Sequence record: NC_041994.1
DNA length: 64,000 nucleotides
Strand: one strand, 5' to 3'
The translations under genes and the position numbers were made by a program. Below are positions 9,147 to 17,556 of this stretch, piece after piece. The notes beneath the pieces are model-generated. The model ran no database searches, was not told the origin of the DNA, and saw only the letters and a program-made list of their open reading frames with translations. Position 1 is the first letter of the stretch. Each line of letters starts with the position of its first letter.

Positions 9147-10480
9147 TTGAAATGATGATGGGTACCGGACCTAAAACCGATGGTCCGTTTGTACCACCTG
9201 ATGTGGTGGCAGGGAAAGCCTTTAAGGGGTGGGTACCTGCCGCTAGCTTTATTACTGGCGATGCTTTAGCCGAGGCTATCGGCCTTACGGCGGGCACACC
9301 ACACAACAGTGATGCCGGTTGGTTGCATTACATCGATGGTGCACGGGAGTTCTACATCGCCCGTACCACATTGCGTTATGGTCTTACATGGCGGGTTATT
9401 GAAACCGCCAATGCTAACAACACCAAGGCAATTAAAATCGGTAACGATTGGTGGATGGTTAAGCAAATCACTGGCATGTCGGTAAACCCCTTCAGTAACA
9501 TCAACTCTGATAACGGTGGTGGTGACTGGGATAAATACATTTACCCACTGATTGCAGGTCCTGCTCGGGCGCAGATCACGGCTGAGGTTTGGTCGTACTA
9601 CACCGAAAAGGATCTGGGCTTGTCACCGATCTGGGGTACACAGCCAAACGGCTCGATCACCCACACGGCGGATAAGCACACCACGCTACAGGCGCGGGCT
9701 GCTCGTGGACGTAATTACAACGGTGGTGTCAGCGTATCGAGTGTGACGGGTCGCACGGTGTACAACGAAGCGAACGCTGCTGAAGGTAACGCCGGTACTG
9801 GTCTGAATCAATACGGTTGGCGACCGATACTGGAGAAGACCACTGAACCCGCTACACCTAACGAATACCTTGGTGAGTTCGCAGCAGCCAGCTTGATTAC
9901 AGGGGCTGATCTCACTACGGCAGTCGGTGCTGGTGGTATCGGGGCTGACTTGGGCGCGATGGACGCTTGGTTGGGTTACAAGATCAATGGTAAGACCCTT
10001 TACCTTGCGAAGAAACCTATCCGTTACGGTGTGACCTGGAACCAACTCAATGCGATCGGCTGTGTGTTCGGTGTCAAAACCGTGGTCATCGGTGGTAAGA
10101 CGTATAAAGTGCGTCTGCCTACGGGGGCTAACAAAGTCAATCCGGGATGGTTTGCCAACGATGCTGGCGGTGAATTCAACGACATGCTCTACCCTGTCTA
10201 CAATGGTGTGGCTGCGGCACAACCGCAAGTCCAAGCCTACCCACGTTGGGCAGCTTTCACAGATGCTCAACTGAACCTCAGTATCAACAAGAGCACCAGT
10301 GCTAACCCAGGTGTAATGACGCTCTGTCAAGAGCAGACTTCGGCTGGGGATTATCTGGTCCGTGGTTACAACGACGCGGACAACGCAGGCAATGCGCAGA
10401 TCCTTGCGGGTTGGCACGTAGGCCCTAATGCGGTGTTTAACTACACTGGCTGGCGTCCGGTCCTCGAACTCGTTCCGTAA
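9143..10480 (+). CDS. Tail-fibre-like protein with two C-type-lectin-like domains
   Basis: Two domain copies ending YGWRPIL and TGWRPVLEL; ATGA overlap with the upstream gene. Confidence 0.7.
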   Translation: MIEMMMGTGPKTDGPFVPPDVVAGKAFKGWVPAASFITGDALAEAIGLTAGTPHNSDAGWLHYIDGAREFYIARTTLRYGLTWRVIETANANNTKAIKIGNDWWMVKQITGMSVNPFSNINSDNGGGDWDKYIYPLIAGPARAQITAEVWSYYTEKDLGLSPIWGTQPNGSITHTADKHTTLQARAARGRNYNGGVSVSSVTGRTVYNEANAAEGNAGTGLNQYGWRPILEKTTEPATPNEYLGEFAAASLITGADLTTAVGAGGIGADLGAMDAWLGYKINGKTLYLAKKPIRYGVTWNQLNAIGCVFGVKTVVIGGKTYKVRLPTGANKVNPGWFANDAGGEFNDMLYPVYNGVAAAQPQVQAYPRWAAFTDAQLNLSINKSTSANPGVMTLCQEQTSAGDYLVRGYNDADNAGNAQILAGWHVGPNAVFNYTGWRPVLELVP

Positions 10481-10522
10481 CGGCATAAAGCCCCTCCCTT
10501 TACGGGGAGGGGTCTATGTCCG
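10481..10522. terminator. Hairpin-family member between convergent genes
   Basis: CGGCATAAAGCCCCTCCC-tttac-GGGGAGGGGTCTATG. Confidence 0.75.
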
Positions 10523-10523
10523 C

Positions 10524-11369
10524 TTAGAACGTTTTGTATTCACCACGTTCGGTGGAGACATGTCGGCCGGTTCTCAGATCAGTCTTGATGATGTCATAGT
10601 GTTCGACCTGTACGTGGAGGTGTATCCGAACACCGTCCTTTCTATCGCACCAGCTGTAAACTTGAGTCCCATCGGTGTTTTGAGATTTGTGCGCCTCTTC
10701 TTTGTTGACCGGGTCCCATTCTGCCTCGATCAACTGACAGTTGAGCTCAATGGCGTTCTTCATCCGGTGGACGCATTCCTGCAAAGTACCACCTAGGTTA
10801 ACAGTAACCGGTGCCAGCGCATTACGGGCATCAGCCATCGTGTTCGCCATGTGCAGGGTCGCACCCATGGATCTCGCCAAAGCCACATCAGCCGGCGGAT
10901 CAATGATCGTGTCACGGTAATAGCTACCGATACCGGGCTCACGGAACACGATACCGTCCGCAGAGCGGTCATCGCCACGGTGGTGTTGATCCGCTTTGCG
11001 TTTAACCAGGTCGAACTCTTCCCGAGTCAGACTCAATGTACCGGCCTGGTAGTCGATCAGGGCGTAGAAGCACAGACGCAGCATTTTCCGATGGGTGATG
11101 TCGTAATGATCATCGTCCTGACACACGTCGTGTCCAGTGACCGGGTTGATGTGGAACTCACGCAAGGCGCTCTGTACGTCCTTACGCTCTTCCAACATGT
11201 CGATCACGGCCATGAGCTCCAAGAACTCATTGCGCAGCTCCATGATGGCGTTGCGGCCTTTGTATTGGCTGGCTACACCATGCTGCTGACACTTGAGCGC
11301 TTCTTTAGTGACTTCAGAAGCTTCTTCTGCCAGCTTACCCAAAAGGTACTGCGTCCAATTCATACTCAT
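10524..11369 (-). CDS. MazG-like nucleotide pyrophosphohydrolase domain plus unknown C-terminal domain
   Basis: N-terminal KLAEEASEVTKEALK...ELRNEFLELMAVIDML fits the MazG ExxE...ExxD helix pattern, with the last D replaced by E. Confidence 0.65.
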   Translation of the reverse strand: MSMNWTQYLLGKLAEEASEVTKEALKCQQHGVASQYKGRNAIMELRNEFLELMAVIDMLEERKDVQSALREFHINPVTGHDVCQDDDHYDITHRKMLRLCFYALIDYQAGTLSLTREEFDLVKRKADQHHRGDDRSADGIVFREPGIGSYYRDTIIDPPADVALARSMGATLHMANTMADARNALAPVTVNLGGTLQECVHRMKNAIELNCQLIEAEWDPVNKEEAHKSQNTDGTQVYSWCDRKDGVRIHLHVQVEHYDIIKTDLRTGRHVSTERGEYKTF

Positions 11370-11815
11370 TCTGGTTTGTCCTTTGGTTCGTGGGGAACGG
11401 TAATGGTGCGATAGTACATTTCATGCGCGCGTTGCTGGGGGTCGGTAACGGTGCGGTAGCCCTGTTCAAGCACGCAGTCTGGATTCAATGCACTGACGTC
11501 GCGCTCTAAACCCAAGCTACGGATTGACGCTTGGACTTCACGCAGTGGTTCAGGGATAATGCCACCCAGTGAGTTACGGCAGGAATGCAGGTGCTGTTCT
11601 TTGAGCTCTGCTGCCCGAGCATGGGTTACGAACGTCAACGTAACCTTACCGTCACCGTTAGTACGGTTGGTGGCGTACAGACTGTGTCCGGTGAGATCCA
11701 TTGACTTTTCTAACAGTGTTCTCATCACCTGTTCGTCAAGCATGGTGATGTTGATGTACCCGTCGGATTCCTTGAACATCTCGTAAGAGTCAAAGTTTAG
11801 GTGTTCAGGCTGCAT
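11366..11815 (-). CDS. Hypothetical protein
   Basis: 149-aa ORF coupled by short overlaps to both neighbours. Confidence 0.65.
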   Translation of the reverse strand: MQPEHLNFDSYEMFKESDGYINITMLDEQVMRTLLEKSMDLTGHSLYATNRTNGDGKVTLTFVTHARAAELKEQHLHSCRNSLGGIIPEPLREVQASIRSLGLERDVSALNPDCVLEQGYRTVTDPQQRAHEMYYRTITVPHEPKDKPE

Positions 11816-12203
11816 TGAGTAGCTCCGCTAGTGCCCGTGCTTGAGACACAGGTGTGGTTGCAAAACGGTCTGAGAGCACGCTGCCGGCCTCTTCGGCTAA
11901 AACACGTAGCTCTGCGAACAACTCTGGGTTCTCTTGCACCCAGACACACCACAGCTCCTTGTAGGCGGCATATAGATCCACGCCGGGATCTAATGGTGGT
12001 TTACCCTTACCTATTCGCCAATCATTACCCTGACAACGATAGCCTTTGATGTCTAGCTGGTAGGCTTCCTCGATAGTACGCCCGTCACGAAGACGGGCTA
12101 CCAATGCCGAGAAACGACGATCCCCTTTGGTTGAGCATTCATAGCCACCAAAGCGGGCAAAGGTTACGCTACCTGTTTGAACTCGGGTTGATTGGCCGCT
12201 TGC
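11805..12203 (-). CDS. NADAR-like (YbiA/DarG1, T4 gp30.3-like) domain with no canonical start; possibly the -1 frameshift extension of the DNA polymerase subunit
   Basis: YECSTKGDRRFSALVARLRDGRTIEEAYQLDIK...YKELW...NPEL...VLSDRF matches the NADAR pattern (FS.F...G...xExxYQxxK...W...NP.L..L...L.D). No in-frame ATG/GTG/TTG lies near the domain N-terminus. Confidence 0.6.
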   Translation of the reverse strand, partial: ASGQSTRVQTGSVTFARFGGYECSTKGDRRFSALVARLRDGRTIEEAYQLDIKGYRCQGNDWRIGKGKPPLDPGVDLYAAYKELWCVWVQENPELFAELRVLAEEAGSVLSDRFATTPVSQARALAELLNAA

Positions 12204-14080
12204 TTTTTTGCTTTGTGGGCCAAGTAAGCATCGAGCATGGTGTCGAAGGCTGGAGCACCCAGAACCTTCTGTGCGATCTCGACCGAGTTCACACGACCAC
12301 CCGTCAGGTTTACGCCAAGCTCTCGACGTATCGCTTCCGTAATCCCCTGAATCTGGCAGAACTCCATGACGCAGGTTTCCCGTGCGATGTTGAGAATCTG
12401 CGAAACGTTGGGGTAGGTTGATACAATGTCGAGGTCGGCTACGTGCGTAAAGATCAGCGTGAGATAAGACTGCATCTCCGCCACACACGCAAGCCCTTCT
12501 GCCGCCGCCATATACGACGGTAGCGTGACGATCCAATCATCGTGTCCAATAACAAAGCGATCGAGTTCATGCGACATCTGGTCAGAGGCTGTACCGATAA
12601 CCGATTTGTTCGGACGGTTCAGATACCAGAAGTGCATGTCGTCAGTCAGACGTTTCGGGTTGGAGTTAAAGTTCTTGAAGTCCGAGTTCTTCGAATACAT
12701 CGTAATCGACGAGGCCAGGTCTTTAGTCTTTTCGTCCAACTGCTCCAGACGCACACTGTCGACGATGTTGTAAACACCGTAGACGATCTTGAAGTCTTTC
12801 TGCATGACTTCGTGCCAGCGCAGACCCGTGTACTGATCGGTCTCAGGGATCTTAAGCTTACCGAAGTCCAGCTTCACTTCAACCTCATCACCGATCTTGA
12901 TCTGGTCATGGGTGATGGTTTGGCCAACGAACTCCTCGTTGACGTAGTAGTAGATGAAGCCGCCTTTGTTCTTGGTCATGTCATTCGCCCGGTCCAGGAA
13001 CGCTTGAATGTCCCCCGGGTGTTTGATCACAGTGTCGTAACTGTCGTTGAGTTCCTTCTTGAGAATCGCATCGAGGGCATAAGACGGATCTTTACCGTTC
13101 GCCAGTCGAGTAATGCGATATACCGTCATGGCATCAATACACTGGAAAGTCGCCGGATGGGTTACCCAGTTCCAACGGTCTTCCACGTTGATCGACATGA
13201 CCTTACCGGACGCTGTCGTCTTCTGTGTGTTGCCCTTACGGTAATCGAAGAACTTGTACTTGGCTGGGATTGTAGGATCGCTGAACACGATCGCAGGATC
13301 AATCCCCTCGTTCTGTAAGGCACGGATGATTTTGCTAATGTCGAAGTCCATGTTCCAGAAGGCAAACCAATCTGGCTTCCATTCGTGGAGCTTCTCGATG
13401 CAACGCATAACAACTTGAGCAGGGGTGTCAGCAATCAACACTTCAATGTTCAGTTTGCGCTCGGCAATCAAACTCGGAATAAGACGTTCTGCTTCACGCT
13501 GTGTCTCACCCACCGGATCATCAATGTCAGCGATCCAGCGTTTTAAGTACACTAAGCGTACCTGGTCCTTGTGGCTTACCGACATGCAGATGATGTCGTC
13601 CTTAGGACCACCGTCAATGCCGATTACGTCGGTCTCGATATCACCCCCAGCTACCGTGTTGAAGCTGATGGTGTCAGGGTACTTGGTGCGGTACTCAGCT
13701 TTCTTACAGCAAGCGGAGTTAACGTCAGCACCATAGACGTAAGGTTCGCGTTGAATGACACGTTGCTGTGGACGGAACCCCGGATTGATGTTCAGGGTAC
13801 GGGCGATGTTGTGAACCAGGTCCAGCTGGGTCGAAGAATACTCTTGCAGGTTACTGGCCAGCTCGTAGTCTTTCTTCTCTTTGTGGTTACGACGACCTTT
13901 GTGCGTAATCCAGAACGGACGTTTGTAGTTCTCTTCCAGACGCAAGCGCGGTACACGGCGGCCATCGTCTAGGTGTACGACTTCCTTGATTACCAGCATG
14001 TCGTTCGTACCTTTCTCTTGGTCGACGACATACGTAATGTGTTTAGCTTCAAAGCCTGTGGGTTTTACAATCGTGCTCAC
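12164..14080 (-). CDS. Split family-B DNA polymerase subunit (3'-5' exonuclease plus motif A), phiKZ gp82-like
   Basis: ExoI DIETD, ExoII FWNMDFD, SYALDAIL, ExoIII YNIVD and polymerase motif A DLDIVSTYP. Confidence 0.9.
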   Translation of the reverse strand: MSTIVKPTGFEAKHITYVVDQEKGTNDMLVIKEVVHLDDGRRVPRLRLEENYKRPFWITHKGRRNHKEKKDYELASNLQEYSSTQLDLVHNIARTLNINPGFRPQQRVIQREPYVYGADVNSACCKKAEYRTKYPDTISFNTVAGGDIETDVIGIDGGPKDDIICMSVSHKDQVRLVYLKRWIADIDDPVGETQREAERLIPSLIAERKLNIEVLIADTPAQVVMRCIEKLHEWKPDWFAFWNMDFDISKIIRALQNEGIDPAIVFSDPTIPAKYKFFDYRKGNTQKTTASGKVMSINVEDRWNWVTHPATFQCIDAMTVYRITRLANGKDPSYALDAILKKELNDSYDTVIKHPGDIQAFLDRANDMTKNKGGFIYYYVNEEFVGQTITHDQIKIGDEVEVKLDFGKLKIPETDQYTGLRWHEVMQKDFKIVYGVYNIVDSVRLEQLDEKTKDLASSITMYSKNSDFKNFNSNPKRLTDDMHFWYLNRPNKSVIGTASDQMSHELDRFVIGHDDWIVTLPSYMAAAEGLACVAEMQSYLTLIFTHVADLDIVSTYPNVSQILNIARETCVMEFCQIQGITEAIRRELGVNLTGGRVNSVEIAQKVLGAPAFDTMLDAYLAHKAKKQAANQPEFKQVA

Positions 14081-14168
14081 GGGGTTTCCCTTCAGGTCTG
14101 TCTTCGTAGAATAGTGGCGGAAAGTATTCTTATGAATATGATTACAACGTCCTGCTTAGGATAGCATC

Positions 14169-15515
14169 ATGGCCAAAGAAACCGTTTCGCTTGAACTGCT
14201 GAATGTCAAAGCCAAACGCCGTTTGGGTATACGCATTGAGGCGGTGGTGGAGAAGTGGATCGAGCGACGCGAGTTCGGTTCGTTTTACACCAGCGAGCAA
14301 CTGCTCGAATTGCAAAAGATCGTCAAAGACGAGATGGGTGTGAACGTTGAGTTTGTTATCAACAACTCCCCTTACATCAACGCCTGTGTAGGCGTGGTCA
14401 GTATTCCCGGTCACTCGGGCAGTACCTATCGCGGCCCCGGCACCAAACCTGTCACGATGATCGGTGCTTCACTACCACAACAACTGCGGACCATCAAGAT
14501 CGACCTCGATAAGGGCAAGATCACGGGTTCGATGACGGACGACTTCAAGAACCGCATGACGCTGTACGCCGGTTTGATTACCGACAACGACGTACGTTCT
14601 ACTGCGGGTGAAATCACGTCGGTGATCCTGCATGAACTGGGCCATGTTTGGAACCAGTACTTCGCACTCGGCGATTATGTCTGGCTCAACTACTACCTCC
14701 AAGAAGGGGTAGATGTGGTGATGGGCAAGAAGCCTAACATCTATAAGCTGGAGATCCTGACCGAAGCTGGTTTGGAGAAGTACGGCGATAAAGATGCACT
14801 GGCTGCCGTCAAGGCTGCACCTACTGCCAAGAACGTACGTCGCGCTATCCTGATGGCGTTCCAGAAAGCACCGCGTCATCACCTTATCTCCACAGACGTG
14901 GATGTCTCCCGGCTGCGTGAAGAACAGCTCGCTGACATCTTCGCTTCTCGCATGGGTTATGCCCGTGAGTCGATCAGCTTCCAAGTGAAGATCGGCAAGA
15001 AGTTCGGTAACCGTTATATGGTCGGCTCCACTGCATTTGTATTCAGCGAGATTTCCAAGGTCTTGTTGAACATGGGTGCACTGGCAGGCTTTGGTGGTGC
15101 TGTCGCAGCCGGCGCTGCTATCGGTGCTTACGCCATTGCCCCGATCGCCATCATCGCCATTGCTATGCGTCTGGTGGCCCTGTCCATGGGTTACGATTCG
15201 GACAGCAAGATCTACGATAACGACATGGAGCGTTGCGCTAAGTTCCGTCTCGACCTCGTGGCTCAGCTTAAGGTCTTGGGTACCGACCCATTGGTACGTG
15301 AGCAGTTGCTTGAAGACATCAAAATGTCGGATGAGTTGACGGCCATCTACCGCAAGAACACCACCCTCTATGAAGCCATGCAGTTGGTGCTCCAACCAGA
15401 GTCCCGCCGCAACCGCCATCAACGGGCGCGTGAAGAAGATATCGAAAGGCTACTCAACAACGATCTGTTCGTTGCTGCTGCCAAGTTCAACACCCTGTCG
15501 GAGAAAATCAAATGA
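14169..15515 (+). CDS. Probable virion protein with zincin/M48-like metallopeptidase motif
   Basis: ILHELGH followed by EEQLADIFASRMGY; first gene of a structural block. Confidence 0.6.
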   Translation: MAKETVSLELLNVKAKRRLGIRIEAVVEKWIERREFGSFYTSEQLLELQKIVKDEMGVNVEFVINNSPYINACVGVVSIPGHSGSTYRGPGTKPVTMIGASLPQQLRTIKIDLDKGKITGSMTDDFKNRMTLYAGLITDNDVRSTAGEITSVILHELGHVWNQYFALGDYVWLNYYLQEGVDVVMGKKPNIYKLEILTEAGLEKYGDKDALAAVKAAPTAKNVRRAILMAFQKAPRHHLISTDVDVSRLREEQLADIFASRMGYARESISFQVKIGKKFGNRYMVGSTAFVFSEISKVLLNMGALAGFGGAVAAGAAIGAYAIAPIAIIAIAMRLVALSMGYDSDSKIYDNDMERCAKFRLDLVAQLKVLGTDPLVREQLLEDIKMSDELTAIYRKNTTLYEAMQLVLQPESRRNRHQRAREEDIERLLNNDLFVAAAKFNTLSEKIK

Positions 15516-15955
15516 CCACCGCGTATCAATTCGCTCAACAACTCAAAGCCATTGAGCCAGGTAACACCAACGTGCGTCTGGCACGTAGCCTGACCCTGGT
15601 GCATGCTTTCGCCATGGCGATCCCGGTGGGCAACTACGCCAACGCCGATCAGGCCGCTGAGGCTTCTCAGGATTTGCTGAAGAAGCTGATCAACGACGTT
15701 AACGAACACGTCACCATCGACACCCGTCTGTGCATGGGCCTGCTGTTGCCAACTCTGAAGCTGCGCTTCGAGCTGATCAACGGCACGACCGACCCTGCGC
15801 TGATCAAGATGGTGCTGTCCTCGGAAGCTGCTGCCGAGATCAAAGGTCCTGATGACCTCGCCATGACCGAGTACCTGACTTCCCGTCCAGGCTATGCCAA
15901 AGAGCAGTTGCTCATCAGCGAATCTGTGCGCGAGCTGATCGCGGACAACGCGTGA
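15512..15955 (+). CDS. Hypothetical (probable virion) protein
   Basis: 147 aa, ATGA overlap, strong codon bias. Confidence 0.7.
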   Translation: MTTAYQFAQQLKAIEPGNTNVRLARSLTLVHAFAMAIPVGNYANADQAAEASQDLLKKLINDVNEHVTIDTRLCMGLLLPTLKLRFELINGTTDPALIKMVLSSEAAAEIKGPDDLAMTEYLTSRPGYAKEQLLISESVRELIADNA

Positions 15956-15959
15956 GGCA

Positions 15960-16295
15960 ATGGCGATGCCCTCCGAAACCCTGGGTGAGGGTACGTTGGT
16001 TTACCCTCGATTGACCACGGAGTATTTAAAGTCGCTGATCAAGACCACGACGTTCAGCCATGTCCCTGAAGCACGCACCACCAGCTGCACCGTTATGCTC
16101 CACATTGACTGGGCCATCACCGAATCGGTAGTGTGTCCTAATCCGGAGCTGTACGATCCAGAGGTGGGTGAGCGTCATGCCATGAACAAGGTCTTGGCCG
16201 CGATTCGGGAGCGTGAGTATTACTTGCTGCGCTACCTACTCCACAAAGAAAAGCAGTCCAAGACCGGAGTCGACGATGGACGAGGAAATCAGTAA
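15960..16295 (+). CDS. Divergent N4 gp49/Sf6 gp66 family protein (PF13876-like; possible Acb4-type nucleotide sponge)
   Basis: PRLT..YL..LI.....TTSCTVML.....TES.VCPNPELYDPEVGERHA......REYYLL follows the family pattern. Confidence 0.55.
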   Translation: MAMPSETLGEGTLVYPRLTTEYLKSLIKTTTFSHVPEARTTSCTVMLHIDWAITESVVCPNPELYDPEVGERHAMNKVLAAIREREYYLLRYLLHKEKQSKTGVDDGRGNQ

Positions 16296-17517
16296 CATCC
16301 CCGAGCTCGAAAAAGCTCTGGAAGAACAAGTCACCGGCGAGATCAAAGACCTGCCTCAGGTTGATGAGCCTGTGATCGACAACCTCAAGCTGGCCTCGGA
16401 TGGCTTGAGTGAGCTGGTGATCATTCAGGACACCATCCTGAAAGAGGGCGTGTCTCAAGAAGACGTGCGTTCGGTGTTCACCATCATCAAGCGTCTTAAC
16501 GATGCCGGTATCGAAGTCGGTATCTCTCCTTCGCTCGAAGAACACGACATTGGCCACTACACGCCTAACCGCAGTATGGTCAACCAAGTGATCTCCAACG
16601 AAGGCGTCGGTGAAACCATCGTCAAGGTGATTCGCGCTGTGCTGGAGAAACTTGTCGAGTACGTGATCGGCACGGTGCGTTGGTTCAAGCTGCTGTCTGT
16701 CAAAGACAAAGCCATGGACGCCGCTTTTGACCGGGCCAAGGCTAAGGCCAAAGACGTACAGGAAGCGATCGCTCTGTTCCGTCGTTACAGCATGGCCGAT
16801 AACGGCACTGTTGAAGCCGACGCAGCCAAGTACGCCACTGAGCTGCTGACCCACGGCAGTCTGCCACGCAACTACCTCACCTTGGCGGCTCTGTTCCACA
16901 AGCCATCGGTTGATGAGATCCAGACCATCCACAAGAAGACCGAACGTTCGTGCATGTTCCTGCGCTCGTCCGTGAAGTCGCTGAAGGTGTTCCTGGCCAC
17001 CCCTGACGCGGATCTCAACGTCGACGTGACCATGATGGAAGATCTGGCCACTGTACGCCAGCAGATCGCTGACATGCAGACCATCGATCCGGACGTGAAG
17101 TTCTTGAGCCTGTTCATCAAGCCTGAGATCTTCGCTGATTCCACTGTACGCAAGCAGGCTGAACCACTGGCCAAGTACGAGTACATCCTCAAGGCTTACT
17201 TCTCGGTAGCCGATGAGCTGCGCTCGATCCGCAAGATCAATCTGGAACAGTACGACGACGAAGGCATTCGCTTCATCAACGAAGTGATCGCTGAACTCAC
17301 CACGGCGTTTGAAGATCTCGGTTTGATCGTGAACTTCTTCGCTGCGGTCAAGGCTACCCAGATGCAGGTGTTCAAGCTTCAGCTGCAATACCTGAACCGT
17401 TACGCTTCGCTGCTTTACCTCCAAGCGCGTGACACCGCGGTCCATGAAGCCACCAAGAACAAAGTTCAAGGTATCTTCGACGACCTGGAGAAGAAGCTCA
17501 AAGGCTACGGTATCTGA
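16276..17517 (+). CDS. Probable inner-head/virion protein
   Basis: GGAG SD at ATG 16276; acidic N-terminus with S-x-E head-protease sites (PSLEE, ISNEG). Confidence 0.7.
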   Translation: MDEEISNIPELEKALEEQVTGEIKDLPQVDEPVIDNLKLASDGLSELVIIQDTILKEGVSQEDVRSVFTIIKRLNDAGIEVGISPSLEEHDIGHYTPNRSMVNQVISNEGVGETIVKVIRAVLEKLVEYVIGTVRWFKLLSVKDKAMDAAFDRAKAKAKDVQEAIALFRRYSMADNGTVEADAAKYATELLTHGSLPRNYLTLAALFHKPSVDEIQTIHKKTERSCMFLRSSVKSLKVFLATPDADLNVDVTMMEDLATVRQQIADMQTIDPDVKFLSLFIKPEIFADSTVRKQAEPLAKYEYILKAYFSVADELRSIRKINLEQYDDEGIRFINEVIAELTTAFEDLGLIVNFFAAVKATQMQVFKLQLQYLNRYASLLYLQARDTAVHEATKNKVQGIFDDLEKKLKGYGI

Positions 17518-17556
17518 CGGCATAGAGCCCTCCCCTAGCGGGAGGGCTCTATGCCG
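17518..17556. terminator. Hairpin-family member, perfect 17-bp stem
   Basis: CGGCATAGAGCCCTCCC-ctagc-GGGAGGGCTCTATGCCG between convergent genes. Confidence 0.85.

Noticed and set aside
7041-10480. Diversity-generating retroelement acting on the CLec-like domains
   Set aside because: No reverse transcriptase, Avd or near-identical template repeat is in the window; domain copies differ far beyond adenine-specific changes.
11805-12536. 243-aa ORF as tracked
   Set aside because: The first about 110 codons overlap the polymerase on the same strand in another frame and look non-coding; only the part after the slippery site resembles a protein family.
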